From: Girardia tigrina
Taxonomy: Eukaryota
Direction of reading: 5' to 3'
Length of the DNA: 64,000 nt
NCBI GenBank assembly: GCA_001938485.1
Contig: MQRK01241122.1
Location: 1-64,000 of the forward strand
Every line of letters starts with the position of its first letter. The stretch's first letter is position 1. Positions 40,101-52,620 of the stretch are shown here, piece after piece. A program made the translations under genes and the position numbers. Under the pieces are notes generated by a model that had not been told where the DNA came from, ran no database searches, and saw only the letters and a list, made by a program, of their open reading frames with translations.

Positions 40101-40734
40101 ATTTGTGTCAAAGTTATTAAAAATAATTTAAAATTATTTGTCGCGACCCTCACTATGACTTCTCTCACCTTCTTTAATGTGGGTTAAAATCGATCTATTT
40201 CTATTCCATTGAGTTTATTCTTCAATTTAAGATTCTCCTTTATATAAAATACTTCTTTATACATAATAAAATAATTTGTCTTTAAAAAAGTTTGTGCTTC
40301 GATAATTTATTAATTTATCACCACAATAATCATATGACATTCAAATTAGAACGTATTGAGGTATTTATGTTTACTCTGTTTTACAGGTTTGGTACACAGA
40401 GTTTATTCATTATCATCAACCTTTAAAGTAAATCATAAGGGTTCGAACATTTTCAAGAAGAGATAAAATTGGCAAATGTATTTAGGAAATACATATTTGA
40501 AATACATAATGTTTGTGAGATATAATTAACCAAAGTAAAAGAAATTTATAATTAACTAAGTAATTTGAAATACATAAATAAAAATATAAAATAAAAATAT
40601 TGAGGACTTATTTATGTGTTGTTTAAATCTTCAGAATTAGTGTACTTTTTAAAAATATTTAAACTAATTTAAACAAATATTTGAACAAATAAATATTCAA
40701 ACACAAAGTAGTTCGGATTATTAATAACAATGTA

Positions 40735-41890
40735 TTAGGTTGTCAAGTATGGAATTTGTAGAAAATTTTATTGATAATTTACCAATACAAATATTTATGT
40801 CATTCATCAATGTACGCACCGATATTATCGACACACTTTTGCCATTTGAGCAGCAACTTGTTGAGGCCATTTGAATACATATTTAATGGGCGCAAATCTA
40901 TAAATTCTTGAAAGGCTATTTTACGGTACCTTCGAAATTGATTTTTTCCCTATTAAAAGGTTCTTCAAATTGAGGAAGAAATGGTAGTCAGTTGGAACTA
41001 GGTCTGGTGAGTATGGAGGAGCAAACTGAAGTATCAATTCAAAATCTTGAAGTTTTGACACAGTTTTAAGTGCAGTAAGTGGTTTTTCATTGCCGTGGAG
41101 CAAGATTAAAGTTGACCTGTTAACCAAACGCAGCTGTTTTTCTTTGAGTTTCCATATCATATCTTACGAATGGTTGCAGTAGACATCTGCTGTAATCGAT
41201 AAATCAGGTTTCATGAAGTTGAAATGGATCAGACCTGCAGCAGACCATCAAACACTCACCATCAGCCTCATTTGATGAATGTTGTGCTTTGGACTGTGTT
41301 TCGGTGCTTCATTCGTGTCCACTCTGAACGTTAGCAATTATCATATTGGATTTATCTTTGATCACAAGTGACGATTCGATTAAAAAAATGATCACATTTA
41401 TAAAGAGAAAAAATTATATAGCAAGCATCCAGAAGCTTTTGTTTTTTTGCATGTCATTCAACTCATGTGGAATCCGATTATCGAACGTTTGTATTTTACC
41501 AATTTGAGCCAAGTGATCCAATTTTGTTTGCTTTGTAATAGCAAATGTTAGTCATGAATCTTGAGCACTTTGTGATGGATCCGACTCCACACGTTTCTGG
41601 GAGACACCGAGATTCATTATTAAGGTGAAAATTATCTTTTACAAATTTCATGTACCAATTTGAGACTGTCTGCTGTGTAGTAGCATTGTATCCGAATACA
41701 CTATTGATATTTCGCATGGTTTCTGATTCTGAAGTTCCACTAGGAACTCGTACTTTATTTATTTGTTTTCCATTTTTTTAAAATAATGATTATTAAAACA
41801 TGTTATCAATAATTTTAATCAATTTATTAATAATGTGTTCAATTACCAAGATATGTACCAATCAAACAAAATAATGAGCAACAAAATGTT
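40735..41890 (-). mobile_element. Decayed mariner element
   Basis: TA|TTAGGTTG TIR; LLHGNEKP, PPYSPDLVPTDYHFF; N-terminal HTH from ~41773; many stops and frameshifts. Confidence 0.85.
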
Positions 41891-42759
41891 AAGTCATTGT
41901 TAAATTATAACTATTTGAATTTATTGTAATTATAAATTATTATTTATGTGATTATTAAAACTATTCCTATGCAAAGTTTCTTTCAAGTCGCTACTTTTTG
42001 CTTGTACATTCATAAAATCAAATAAATTAATAAATATTAAATAAAAACTAAACTAAACTAAATACTACAATCAAAAAAGCTTGAAATAAAAAATGGAGCT
42101 AAAATATTTAAATTTTCTTCCTTCAAAGTGGCATCTAATAATCGCATGTAGAATCTGTGAGACATTTGTTTGGGGACCTCCCCCGAATTAGATGCAGTGT
42201 CAACAAACCTTCTGGGGATTTCCATCATTAAACAAATTCCATAAAACTGTAATCGATGTCAATTTTTATTTAAACATAAAATTTTTTAACTTAGAAAGAT
42301 TTTATAATTTTTTCTTTGAAAAAAAGTAAAAAATAATATCTAAAACTAAAAAAATCCTATCTCATGTAAAATAATATTAAAATAATTCAAAAGTATTCTT
42401 AACGTAAATGGAATGTGAAGAATAATTTAATATATGAATTTCTTTTATTAAATTTGGAATTGTGATTCTTCTACCCAGTTGGAAAATTGATGTTTATTGT
42501 GCTAACGACATTTAATTGTTCAAATAGGATATGCATTATTAAAAGTTAAAGCAGTAACATTTTAATTATTATGAAATAATGATTAATGATGAAAATTGAA
42601 ATATAAGTAATATTAAATAAAAATGATGTAAAATATACAATAGAACTAGGTTAATAGCACAACCCTCCAGACCGGAAAAAGTGTGCTATAAACCGGGCAG
42701 TGCTATTAACCAAGAACGATTGTTTGAATACCACCTCAATAATAAAAGACAGTAAGTAT

Positions 42760-45270
42760 AATAACATGTATTGTAAAGTACAATATGAAATTACACGAAA
42801 ACTTAAAGAATTGCAACCTACAATTCAGAGTAACCGCGTCCCAATAGTATTAAAGAGAAAACTGATTAAGACTAATATTTTCTCTGTGGTCTATTATGTT
42901 ACTGAGTGCTGGGCAACGCCTGAGAAGGACGTTGCACGGTTACAAGCCTTCCATAATTGCTGCACAAGGACAGTTCTCAAGAAGAGTAAACTCGACAGGA
43001 TACCGAATAAGGACATGACTATTGGACTGACTGAGGCAAGAGTGATTCTAGCCAAAAGACGCATATTACTCTATGAATACAATTTACGGAAGGGTGTAAC
43101 TGAGGTTGCCTCAAAAAATCACAGAATCAGCAACCGTAAAAAGCAACTGATGAGAGAGCGCATTGCTTGCGATGTGCTCTGGATATTCAACGATACAGCA
43201 GATTTGACAGAATACAGGGAAAGTCTAAACGAAATAGATCTTCTCGACAATGACGAAAATTTAAACACCTGATCAAAGGAACCATATCTGAGCGACTGAA
43301 AGAGGCAGTCGAGCTCGAGAAAGAATATCCGAAAATGCTTCAGCCGCGCATCAAAATATTAGGTTGCAAATTCCCTTCTTGCTTTAAAGAATTTGCTGAG
43401 CAGAAGGAACTCACAAGACACATTAAGAATGTGCATCTGGCCACGACACAGAGAGGTGGTGGTTCATTCATATGTCCCAACGAGAACTACCACAAAACTT
43501 ATAAAACTAATTGATGGCTAAAACGACATTTATTAATTGATCATCGAAGGTAATAGTACTACAAACATCTAAGTAGTACAAAGAGAAGAAACATAAAGAC
43601 GTACTGGACCTTTGAACTTGAACGCGGAACATGATATGCCAGTGTCTGTCAGTGTAACTAATGAGAACTGTCCAAGAGTAATCCCTAGTGGGGTGCTGAA
43701 TTTTCGGCTGGATAATATAACGGATAAGTCAGTGGTCGGCAACCTTTTTGCCAAATTTTACTATTTGTTAAAAAAATTAAAAGTCAGGAGCCTTAGTTTT
43801 GTAATTATTAAAAAAATATAATTTAACCTAGAAGAAGTTTTTAGTGTAAATAAAATAATTTTTTTCTAAGAAAAGAATCGAATTTTATTATAAAAAATAA
43901 CATTTTACATATAAAATTTAACTTGAGTTTTTCATTTAATGTGATCTGTAAAAGGTTTTTCTCGTTGAGAAATTTTGTGTAAGACTGTAAAAGTTAGCTT
44001 GAGTCGTATTGTTAGCTGAGTTCATAAAAGTTTTCATCACATAACTCAATTGGGATGCATTTTCTTGCAAATATGTAATCTCTCGAGTTCTTTCATCTCC
44101 AAGTAGATATTTAGCTGCAAAAGCCTTGTGTTTCCGTTGAAAATGCCTTTCAATGTTCGATTTTTTAATGCTTTCATAAATCTTTCAAATCTTTCATAAC
44201 ATATAAGATACTTCGGTAATCCATTCACCTCTATGATGACTGCAATTATATTTATCCATTCTTTACGGAAATATCTACGCTCGTCGTAGATTTTGCGCTT
44301 TTTTGGTGACTGCATTTAATGTCCTTATAATGAAAGTGTTTCTTAAATTATTTTTTAATTACGAAATTACAAATTTTGGCAATAAAATTAAACTTACGTT
44401 ACAAATTTTCTAAATTAAGCTACGTGCTTCAGTATTAATGAAGAATTATTTGAAAGAAGTTAAATAATTGTTTTATTTTTTTGTATGATTTGAACTCACT
44501 TGAGTTAAAAAGAAGAATTTTAACTATTTTAAACAACCTCTTTTTTCTACAATGACTTTAAATTCTAGTCTGGTTTTTTGCTAAGACGAAAACTATTTTC
44601 AAAAAAAAAACACTAAACAAAAATTTAATTGGAATTAACGTATATATATTTTGTTGTTTCTTTTAAATTGATCATTTTTACTTGACCATTCGATAACATT
44701 TTATTACAGCAGGTTCATTTTTTTACTAAATTCGTGAACATACTATACTTATAACACTATTATTTTTTCATATATTGAACTATAAAAAATAAATTTTCTA
44801 AAGTATATGGAAAATTAATAATATTTTTTGTGTAGAACAAAAAATATTTTATGTTGAGCGTGTAAATTTACATCCACTGTAAAATTTGATGTGGAGCCGT
44901 AAATTTATACATCCGGAGCCACATTGGGCTTCGGAGCCGCAGGTTGCCGACCGCTGGGATAAGGTATTGTTTTATTGCCCATTTCACCGTTGCACTAAGT
45001 GCGTTTATACAGCCAGAAGTATCCAGAATCACGGAACGAAGTAACATGATTAGTCATTTCTCAGAGGGAAGTCGAAGCGTGCCCCTGCATTGAAAGCTCG
45101 CACTCTTGCATCTGAAGCCGTGTGAGAGGATCGGAAACTTTGTATTTGTCAAAAGGTTTCTACTCGATACAGAGTCTATAATTCACTACACTGTGTGCCA
45201 ATGCTGAGTATTATTTGTAATACACAGTTATCCTAAATAGTCTGAGGAGGCTTATTATGAAATTACAATA
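42760..45270 (+). mobile_element. 5'-truncated RTE-like LINE with C2H2 zinc fingers, interrupted by a hAT
   Basis: Post-RT motif LKRKLIKTNIFSVVYYVTECW..RLQAFHNCCTRTVL..DRIPN; three C2H2 motifs downstream. Confidence 0.7.
43730..44956 (-). mobile_element. hAT (Charlie/Buster-type) deletion derivative
   Basis: TIRs CAG(T/C)GGTCGGCAACCT; 8-bp TSD GGATAAGT/GGATAAGG; N-terminal remnant MQSPKKRKIYDERRYFRKEW..LICYE. Confidence 0.9.
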
Positions 45271-47859
45271 TAACAAAATAATCAGAAATAATGGTTTCTT
45301 TATTTTTCCTCAAACAGATTTTTGTGAAAAAAATCGTCAAGACCATCAATTTGGTTTTCTTGTATTTCTGAATTGCCCTCGAATTGTTTTGAATATTTGA
45401 AAAGTGCATAAAATATCGAATAATCGAATATTCGTAAGTGAAAACTCTATTTTGCGATTTTAAATTTTAAAGGGTTCAGAGCGAAAAGATTAAAGTTGCA
45501 TCGAGTCCATATTCCAATTATCCCCCTAAACTATCAAATTAACTATCTTTACTTTACCATGACAACAATTGCTAATTGTCTTTGTCATGTCATGATTCAC
45601 TAGCCACTTAACTTGAACATACCCACCTACTGTGATATTAACCTGGCACAAAGGAGGCGTCATGACAGAATACCTGTTCTATAAACCGATTTGTGCCAGT
45701 AACCGAGCACAACTCACTGTAAACTGCTTCCAAAGTTCGTGCCACAAAAATCCGTGCTATTAACTGGTTTGTGCTATTAACTGAGTTCTACTGTATTTCG
45801 AATATTTTCATCTAATGAATTCTAGAAAATTAAAGCTTAACAAAATATTTAAGAAATTACGTTTAAAAATTAAATAGATTAGTTTTCAAATAATTTAATA
45901 AGTTTTATAAAGATTCAATTAAAAAATTTAAAGGATTTTTTAAAAATATTTACAAATTTTAAAAGATGAAAAAAATTAATTTTATCAAAAATTAATAGAA
46001 ATTTTGTTTGAATAATCTAGAAAGACAAATAGCGATTTAGAACGATGATAAATAGTGGAAACTCTGTAGAAAATTGTCCCGAAGACAATTGAAATTGTGT
46101 TATAAATATAAATATTGAAAACATTATTAATGCTTTTAATAGACAATACTAAATAAGTATTTTGTTTGCAATTGTGAAATTGTTTTATTTTAAAAAACTT
46201 AATTTTTGGCCAGAAAAGGCTCTAAGAGTTACCAAAAAAGAGGTATCTTCAACCTTCTACCCTCCAATTTCGAATCCACGTTTTTCCAGTTTACCGAGAT
46301 GCTTCGTAGTTGAAGTGAAAAACAATCAATTTTGAGTCCCCGTAGCATGATTTTAAAGAAAGATATACTTCTTAACAATTTAAAGTCTGACATTTAGGTC
46401 AGGACATTTCGTCCCATACAATTCTGTTCATTTACTTTACCAGGTGATACTAAATCACAAATACCAGCTATCCTGATGAAAACTTCGGAGGAAATAAGAG
46501 ATTAAATGACTCGATTAGTCTTTTGCCTTCATAGTCATGTCTGATGATCAAGTTGTGTGAGCAAACGCTGCAGTCTTCCATCAAAGTTTTAAGCATTGAA
46601 GTCAAGCATTTTAATCAAAAAATGACTTTAGTCGCTGCCCAATATAGTAAGAGTCACTATGACATTTTCGTTAACAAATTTTTCTAAAATCGTTAAATAA
46701 TGAAAATATACTTGCATATGCGTTCTCTTCGAAATTAATTTTCAATTATTTTTTCTTTTTTTGCTCATATTCACATCAATATAAGTGACTTCAACCTGCA
46801 TAAGCATAGTTCCATATCTGGACAAGAGGAGTTCCTTAACAGTCTTCGTCACTTTGTCACAATCTTCCACTTAATTGTATCATTTAAATCAGTCGTACAT
46901 ATAACTCTAAAACATTTTCAATAAATAAAATATTTTCTGAAAAACGAAATTCGAGATTTATTTTCTTTAAAAAATATTTTTCTGATTTTAGATTCTTTTT
47001 ATTTCATTAATGATATTTCAAACTTAATATTATTTTTTTACTCTGCACGACATCTGAATGTGGGTCTTAATTTTATAGCACAGAAATTTTCTAATTTATA
47101 TTTATTAATTAAATTATTGGCTAGAAAAAGAATACAACAAGGAATTTAAATTAATAATTGTTCTCGTTGGCGACTCACAAAGCAATGATTAAACTATTTG
47201 TAATTCCATAAACGGCGGAGTAATAAACTAGCTAGATCCATCTGTTAGATTTTTTTTAACTTATTAAAGGGGTAACCTTTTTGGAAATTAATTACTGTAT
47301 TTAGTTTGACCTTTGGAAAAAAACATTTATTTCTCGGTTATTTTCGTCTGAAGATCATTATTTATCAACGGTAACGTGTTGACGTATACCCAATGTTTTT
47401 AACGCACTGCTTATCATATACCATTCTCATTTTTATGTTAACCGTTTTTAAAAAAAACCAAATATAAAATAATTTCAAATTTAAATATTGAATTTTTTTA
47501 TGATCTAATTTTAGAGCATATTTTTGGAGATCGACTAATGAATGGACTCCGTGTTCGAAACCTTGTGGCAAAGGAGAAGAAACGCAAATGTTTATTTGCC
47601 TAAAGAAAACTCACTATCGTACAGAAGAATACCAAGATCCTAAAAAATGCTCCGGCAAAGCTCTTCCGAAAATGTAATTTATAATTTTTGAATATAATGA
47701 ATTATAAAGGAAGATGTAATATTTCATTTTTATAGGTTAAAATCCGAATACTTATTCAATAATAATCGTTCAGTTATAATTACACTTATTACACAAGAAC
47801 TATTCATACTTATTTCTGCAAATAAAAATGATAGGGACAGATATAATAGCGTGAATTAC

Positions 47860-48184
47860 ATTCAGGAATGTTGCCAATAATCTTCTGGGCAACAAAAAGC
47901 TCAAAATTACAACGATCAAGTATAAGAACCACTTGACAGTAATCAAGCCTTAGGTTGTAGAATGTCATTCAAACTCCACTATCTACACTTAAAACTTAAT
48001 TTTTTCCAGAAAATATAAGTGCTGTCAGTGAGGAACATGGAGAGAGGTTCCAGTATGACACACAATTGATGAAGAAACGTTATAAGGGACGATGTGATGA
48101 AGCTATGATGGAAGATTACATATGTAACTTTGTAAGAGACGATAAGATAAGTCATATAAGAAAAAAAGTCTCCTACACACTTTT

Positions 48185-48234
<50 letters not shown>

Positions 48235-48901
48235 GTACATAGCATTTTCACTATTGTTTCATTTTATATCATTACAAAACGTTATTATTATTAACAACAT
48301 CAATATGAGGTTTTAAACATTTATTATTATCACCAACGCCTTCACTATTTGACAATTTTCTTGATTAATATATTTTCTGAATTCATACTTTTGAATTTCT
48401 GAATTCATTTTTCAATAAATGAAAATCTTTTAATAAAAATCATTAATTATAAAGCATCTAATTTGTTAAAATTAAATCTAAACATTTTTAAAAAAGTACA
48501 TATTAAATTAATATTTTTAAAATTTTAAATTACATTAAAAATTAAATAATACATTCAACAATTATTTTAAATCTTTTTACTTTAAAATTAAATTAAATTA
48601 TTTTTAATTAGTAGGCATCAAAGAAAATATCAATCCTCCATCTGTGTAGAAGAGACACAATCCGACAACATACAACAATCAATTAACATTCAACATCAAC
48701 ACACAATTCAAAACAGTCCTCACAATTATTATATACGCTTTTCTTGTATATAATGTAAAATTTTGTAATTAACTGTTTTGAAGAAAGCTTATAGCTAGGT
48801 AAAAACTAATGTTATTTTCGGATTCGCCGTCTCAAAATTGATGTAGAGAAATCTAAAATTCAAATGAAACAGACATTTCAAAAAAATTTTGTTGCTCTGT
48901 G
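47860..48901 (+). mobile_element. Chapaev3-like (CMC) transposon 3' part, interrupted by (TA)n and an LTR copy
   Basis: LGCRMSFKLHYLH..FFPENISAVSEEHGERFQYD..RYKG..MMEDY; terminus TTTTGTTGCTCTGTG. Confidence 0.75.
48270..48724 (-). mobile_element. Decayed LTR-like copy with gag-like start
   Basis: TGTGAGGA start; decayed core at ~48637; NCQNSEGVGDNNKCLKPHIDVVN. Confidence 0.55.
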
Positions 48902-49197
48902 TAATTTTAGTTATTATATACTTAGAACAAACTTTTAACTTTTTGGAACAGACCACGCTGATAGTCTTACTAAATCAACACAGACTTTCATCTATCTCGA
49001 ACATTTTGAATATCTTTTCTTATTGAGAATTCCCTTGTTTTAACACATTATCACTTTATAATAATCATAAAAGTGTTAAATAATTTTAAGTCATGGTTCT
49101 TCATTCCGTTTTAATCAATCTTATTTACTTGACAAATTTATTTTCGCCAAATATTTATTACCTAAAAAACCGTAAATGAAGTCTCAATATTTCACAT

Positions 49198-49870
49198 CAG
49201 GGGTGTAGCCAGGAGTAATGAAGAGAGGGGGCTATCGGAATTTTAGGGGGGCTTACATCTCATCCTTTGAACTACCTTGCTCATCTTCAATTACTTCTTA
49301 AACAAAAGTATTTGACTAATGTGAAATCATAACTGTTCTTCATGTAACAAATACACACGTTTTATATCAACTAAATCTTTCCAAAACAGCAATAAAAATT
49401 ATTAAAATCTTCAAAGGATTTCCATCAAAGTGTTTATTATATTAAAAAAGCTATAAATGTTTTCCCAAAACTTTTGGAAGTCATTGCAGCTTGTGAGACA
49501 ATATCTATTTGTGTTTCTAAACTAAGATCCTTTATTAAAATATTAAAACCATTATTATCATTTATAATACTATTGTCTTAAAAACATTTGGGATCATTAA
49601 TAACCTCTTTATGACTCTTATGATTTTATAATTTTAGACAACTTAGACTGTAGTTTCCTAACTCTTTACGTTTGTCTTTTCTATTTTTACAATCCCCAAG
49701 TAAGTTCTGTTTCGAATGTCTATTTTTCAAATGCAGAAAATCTTTGCATCAATATCTGTTAATAAAAATTTATTTATATTATTCTTAATCAGCTCAAATT
49801 TTTGTATGAGTTGCTGAGCGTTTTTCTAACTCTCCTTATCTCCTTTATCTGAAAATTTCAGATTGAAATA
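49198..49870. mobile_element. Possible hAT (Tip100-like) terminus and decayed body
   Basis: CAGGGGTGTAGCCAGG terminus with GGGGGCT repeats; no partner end. Confidence 0.35.
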
Positions 49871-49948
49871 AGATATGACATAAGATATCAAATAAGATTT
49901 TTATGAAATGAAGTATGAAATGTTTATCAAATTATTATCATTTTGTAG

Positions 49949-50213
49949 AACGAAACCATGTTCATTGGGACAATGTCCACAAGGCTTAACTGGCTCATTT
50001 GTATGGCAAGTGGGAAACTGGAGTTTGTGTCCAAAGAATTGTGGTGGAGGCGCTCTTCAATATCGAGATGTGAATTGCTACATGATGACATCTAAAGGAG
50101 AGTTTTTGTTATCGAAATTATCGAAATGTGACTACAAGGTGGAGCCTGCACGATATATTAATTGTGCTAAAGCTGACTGTCCACCTAAATTTTTAACCAG
50201 CAAATGGGAAAAG
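49949..50213 (+). CDS. ADAMTSL1/madd-4-like: ADAMTS-like (punctin/MADD-4 type) protein, internal exon A (TSP1 repeat)
   Basis: TTTTGTAG acceptor; encodes TKPCSLGQCP..WQVGNWSLCPKNCGGGALQYRDVNC..CAKADCPPKFLTSKWEK; donor AAG|GTCTTT, phase 0, joins the next exon as WEK|CPISTDC. Confidence 0.85.
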
Positions 50214-50238
50214 GTCTTTATCATATTTTAATAACTAT

Positions 50239-50281
<43 letters not shown>

Positions 50282-51289
50282 TTGATAGTAGAGTCAAAAC
50301 CAAAAATTATTGGATTGCAAATGATGATTATCTTACGCCAAGACGTGGTCTGTCACATATAACCATACTTTAGAAATATTTTTCTTCATTTACAAATTAA
50401 AATAGGGAAATCTAATAAATAAAATGAAGATGTTGTTTTATTTGATAGAAACTTGTGATTTAAACAATTAAAATGATATTTTGAACCCTTTCGAACAAAA
50501 TGCTTTGGCATCAATTACTTTTCCTTCTGTACTTCTTCAAAATCAGCAATAAAATAAATCAGATTTATTATTGAACTTTTTTTAATTGTTTCCTTTTTGT
50601 TTAAAAATATTACTTAAAAAATAGAAAAACTGGTTATTTTTTAAAATTTGGTAATAATTTATATTTTTTAACATTTTGATGATTAGAGGTTGAGAAGAAT
50701 GTAACCACTGAAGACAATTTTTATACAACTTACCGGAATGATTTCTAAAAGAATTTATAAATTGGAAAAAGTAAATTTTTAACATAGCTTAACTATAAAG
50801 CTTTCTATACTTGATGAATATGCTGCTCTCTTCTTGTAATTCTTTTCAATAAAAATTTTATATAAAAATCATTTAAACAAAAATTTTTTATATATTCATT
50901 ATAGAGAATAAAGTTAAAAAATAAAGGCATTTTTTTTAAAACACATAAGATACGCCATTTCAAAATATATTTTTTGTGATAATATATTTTGATGGTTTTA
51001 CCGTTGTAAAAATGTAAACTACAAAACAAAATTTATTAGATAAAATATTGATCGGGGTTCGATAACCAATTGAACTTGGAAATCCTCTTCTTCTATATTA
51101 AGGCAATATTATATAATATTATACAATATACCCCGGGGTCTGTTGATGCAATTGAAATTGACCTTGCAATTGCATATTCCGGTGATGTCATGACATATGA
51201 ATTCACCTGAATTTGAACTCTAGTGATGTCATGAAATGTGACATCATTGAAGTTCAATATTATTGAATGTGATGAGGAATGACATCACC

Positions 51290-52620
51290 AGAACCGTCAT
51301 CTTCAAATCACTGATTTTTAGCTTTATTTACTTCTTATATATATGAAATGGACGATTGTTTAATCTATTACGTAAAATTAATCGAATTGTGTTGTGATCT
51401 TTGGTATACTAATCAATTAGACCATGATGATCTAGATGAAGTTGCATTCCAAAAACATTTTTACTTTTGCTTTTTCAGATGTGCATTTATTGTTTAATGG
51501 TGAATGGTAAAAATAAATAGATGGGGTCGCAATAGACTCACCATTAGCAGCAACATTGGTCTCCAAATTCTATCTCGACCTTTAAAAGTAAAATAGATAT
51601 AATAGATATTTTGATAACCTTTTTGTGGTCTTTAAATCTCAGGAACATATGTCTCAGTTTCTACATTGTATAAATTCAATTCATCCAAATATTGAAATTA
51701 CAGTGGAGGAGGAAAGAAATGGAAATTTACCGTTTCTAAATTTATTAATTGATACACAATACAATCATTTTGAAACAGATATTTATCGTAAGAAAACTGA
51801 TACTGGTTCATACACTTTACCAGACGATTTTTGAGAGTCTACATATAAAAGGAATATGATAAAAGGTCTGTTTTATCGTTCTTGGTCCTTTTCTTCTAAT
51901 AAAAGCATTGAAACATCGAGTAAATTGTTGAATAATACGTAATGGAAATTCTATGTCTTTTATGGAAAAACTCCCTCGTGAGACTTTAGTTAAAATAATT
52001 GAAACATATTAAGATTGATCAGTCTAACGAGACAATTAATTCACCTGTGGATGAAAAAGTGAATAATAAAGTTGAGAAGGGTCTTAAGATTGAAAATTCT
52101 TTCATACAAGGTGATAACTTGAGTTTACCTTATTCTGAAGGATTCAAACAACCAATGAATTTTCTTTTAAATTTAAAAATCATATCTCAGTCATTTAAAG
52201 TTGAAAATATGTTTTGTAATAAATCACTTACTCCTTTGAGTTTGTGTTTGGACGTTGTTTATCAGTATAAGTCTGATGGGTGCAATGGCCCATATATTAC
52301 GCGACATCACCCGTCTTCTTTGCAATCGAGTCCAAGAACAGGCTTGTAAATTCAACTTGAGTATAAATGATTTCAAAATTCAGTGCAAATATTTTAAAAT
52401 TATTGGGAGAGAGTGTCGTGCGAAGCTTTGTTAATAAGGTCTCGTAATCCTAAAATTAATGTTCAAACGGCACTCTCAATCAATTTGTATAGCGTTTTCA
52501 ATTAATTGTACATAATCGGTTATGTAATCATTCATTTTACACATATAAGCAGTAAAAAACCTAAAAATCAGAGATCTGAAGATGATGGTAAAATAATCGA
52601 AATATATTATGGCAAAAATA
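51290..52620 (+). mobile_element. Decayed Penelope-like retroelement (RT C-terminal half, GIY-YIG, tail) with an inverted tail copy at the 5' end
   Basis: DGVAIDSPLA, RYFDN, INSIHPNIEITVEEE..LPFL..IYRKKTDTG; VYQYKSDGCNGPYI; 51290-51360 is the reverse complement of the 52530-52590-type tail. Confidence 0.88.
52570..52612 (+). ncRNA. Minimal type I hammerhead ribozyme motif
   Basis: CTGAAGA-T-GAT-loop-ATC-GAAA-TATA-TT; core intact, stem I short. Confidence 0.65.

Larger units (their letters stand above)
42638..45793. mobile_element. pogo/Tigger-like non-autonomous element hosting a LINE and a hAT
   Basis: TIRs CA(A/G)TAGAACT(AG/CA)GTTAATAGCAC with TA flanks; GTGCTATTAAC subterminal repeats. 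Confidence 0.75.
42414..46160 (+). mobile_element. LTR-like copy split by nested insertions (LTR parts 42414-42637 and 45794-46160)
   Basis: TGTGAAGAATA start with decayed core; gag-like start at ATG 46045 (MINSGNSVENCPEDN). Confidence 0.5.

Noticed and set aside
46468-46500. CTGATGA...GAAA hammerhead-like spacing (also 45240-45265)
   Set aside because: Stem II does not pair, and there is no Penelope context.
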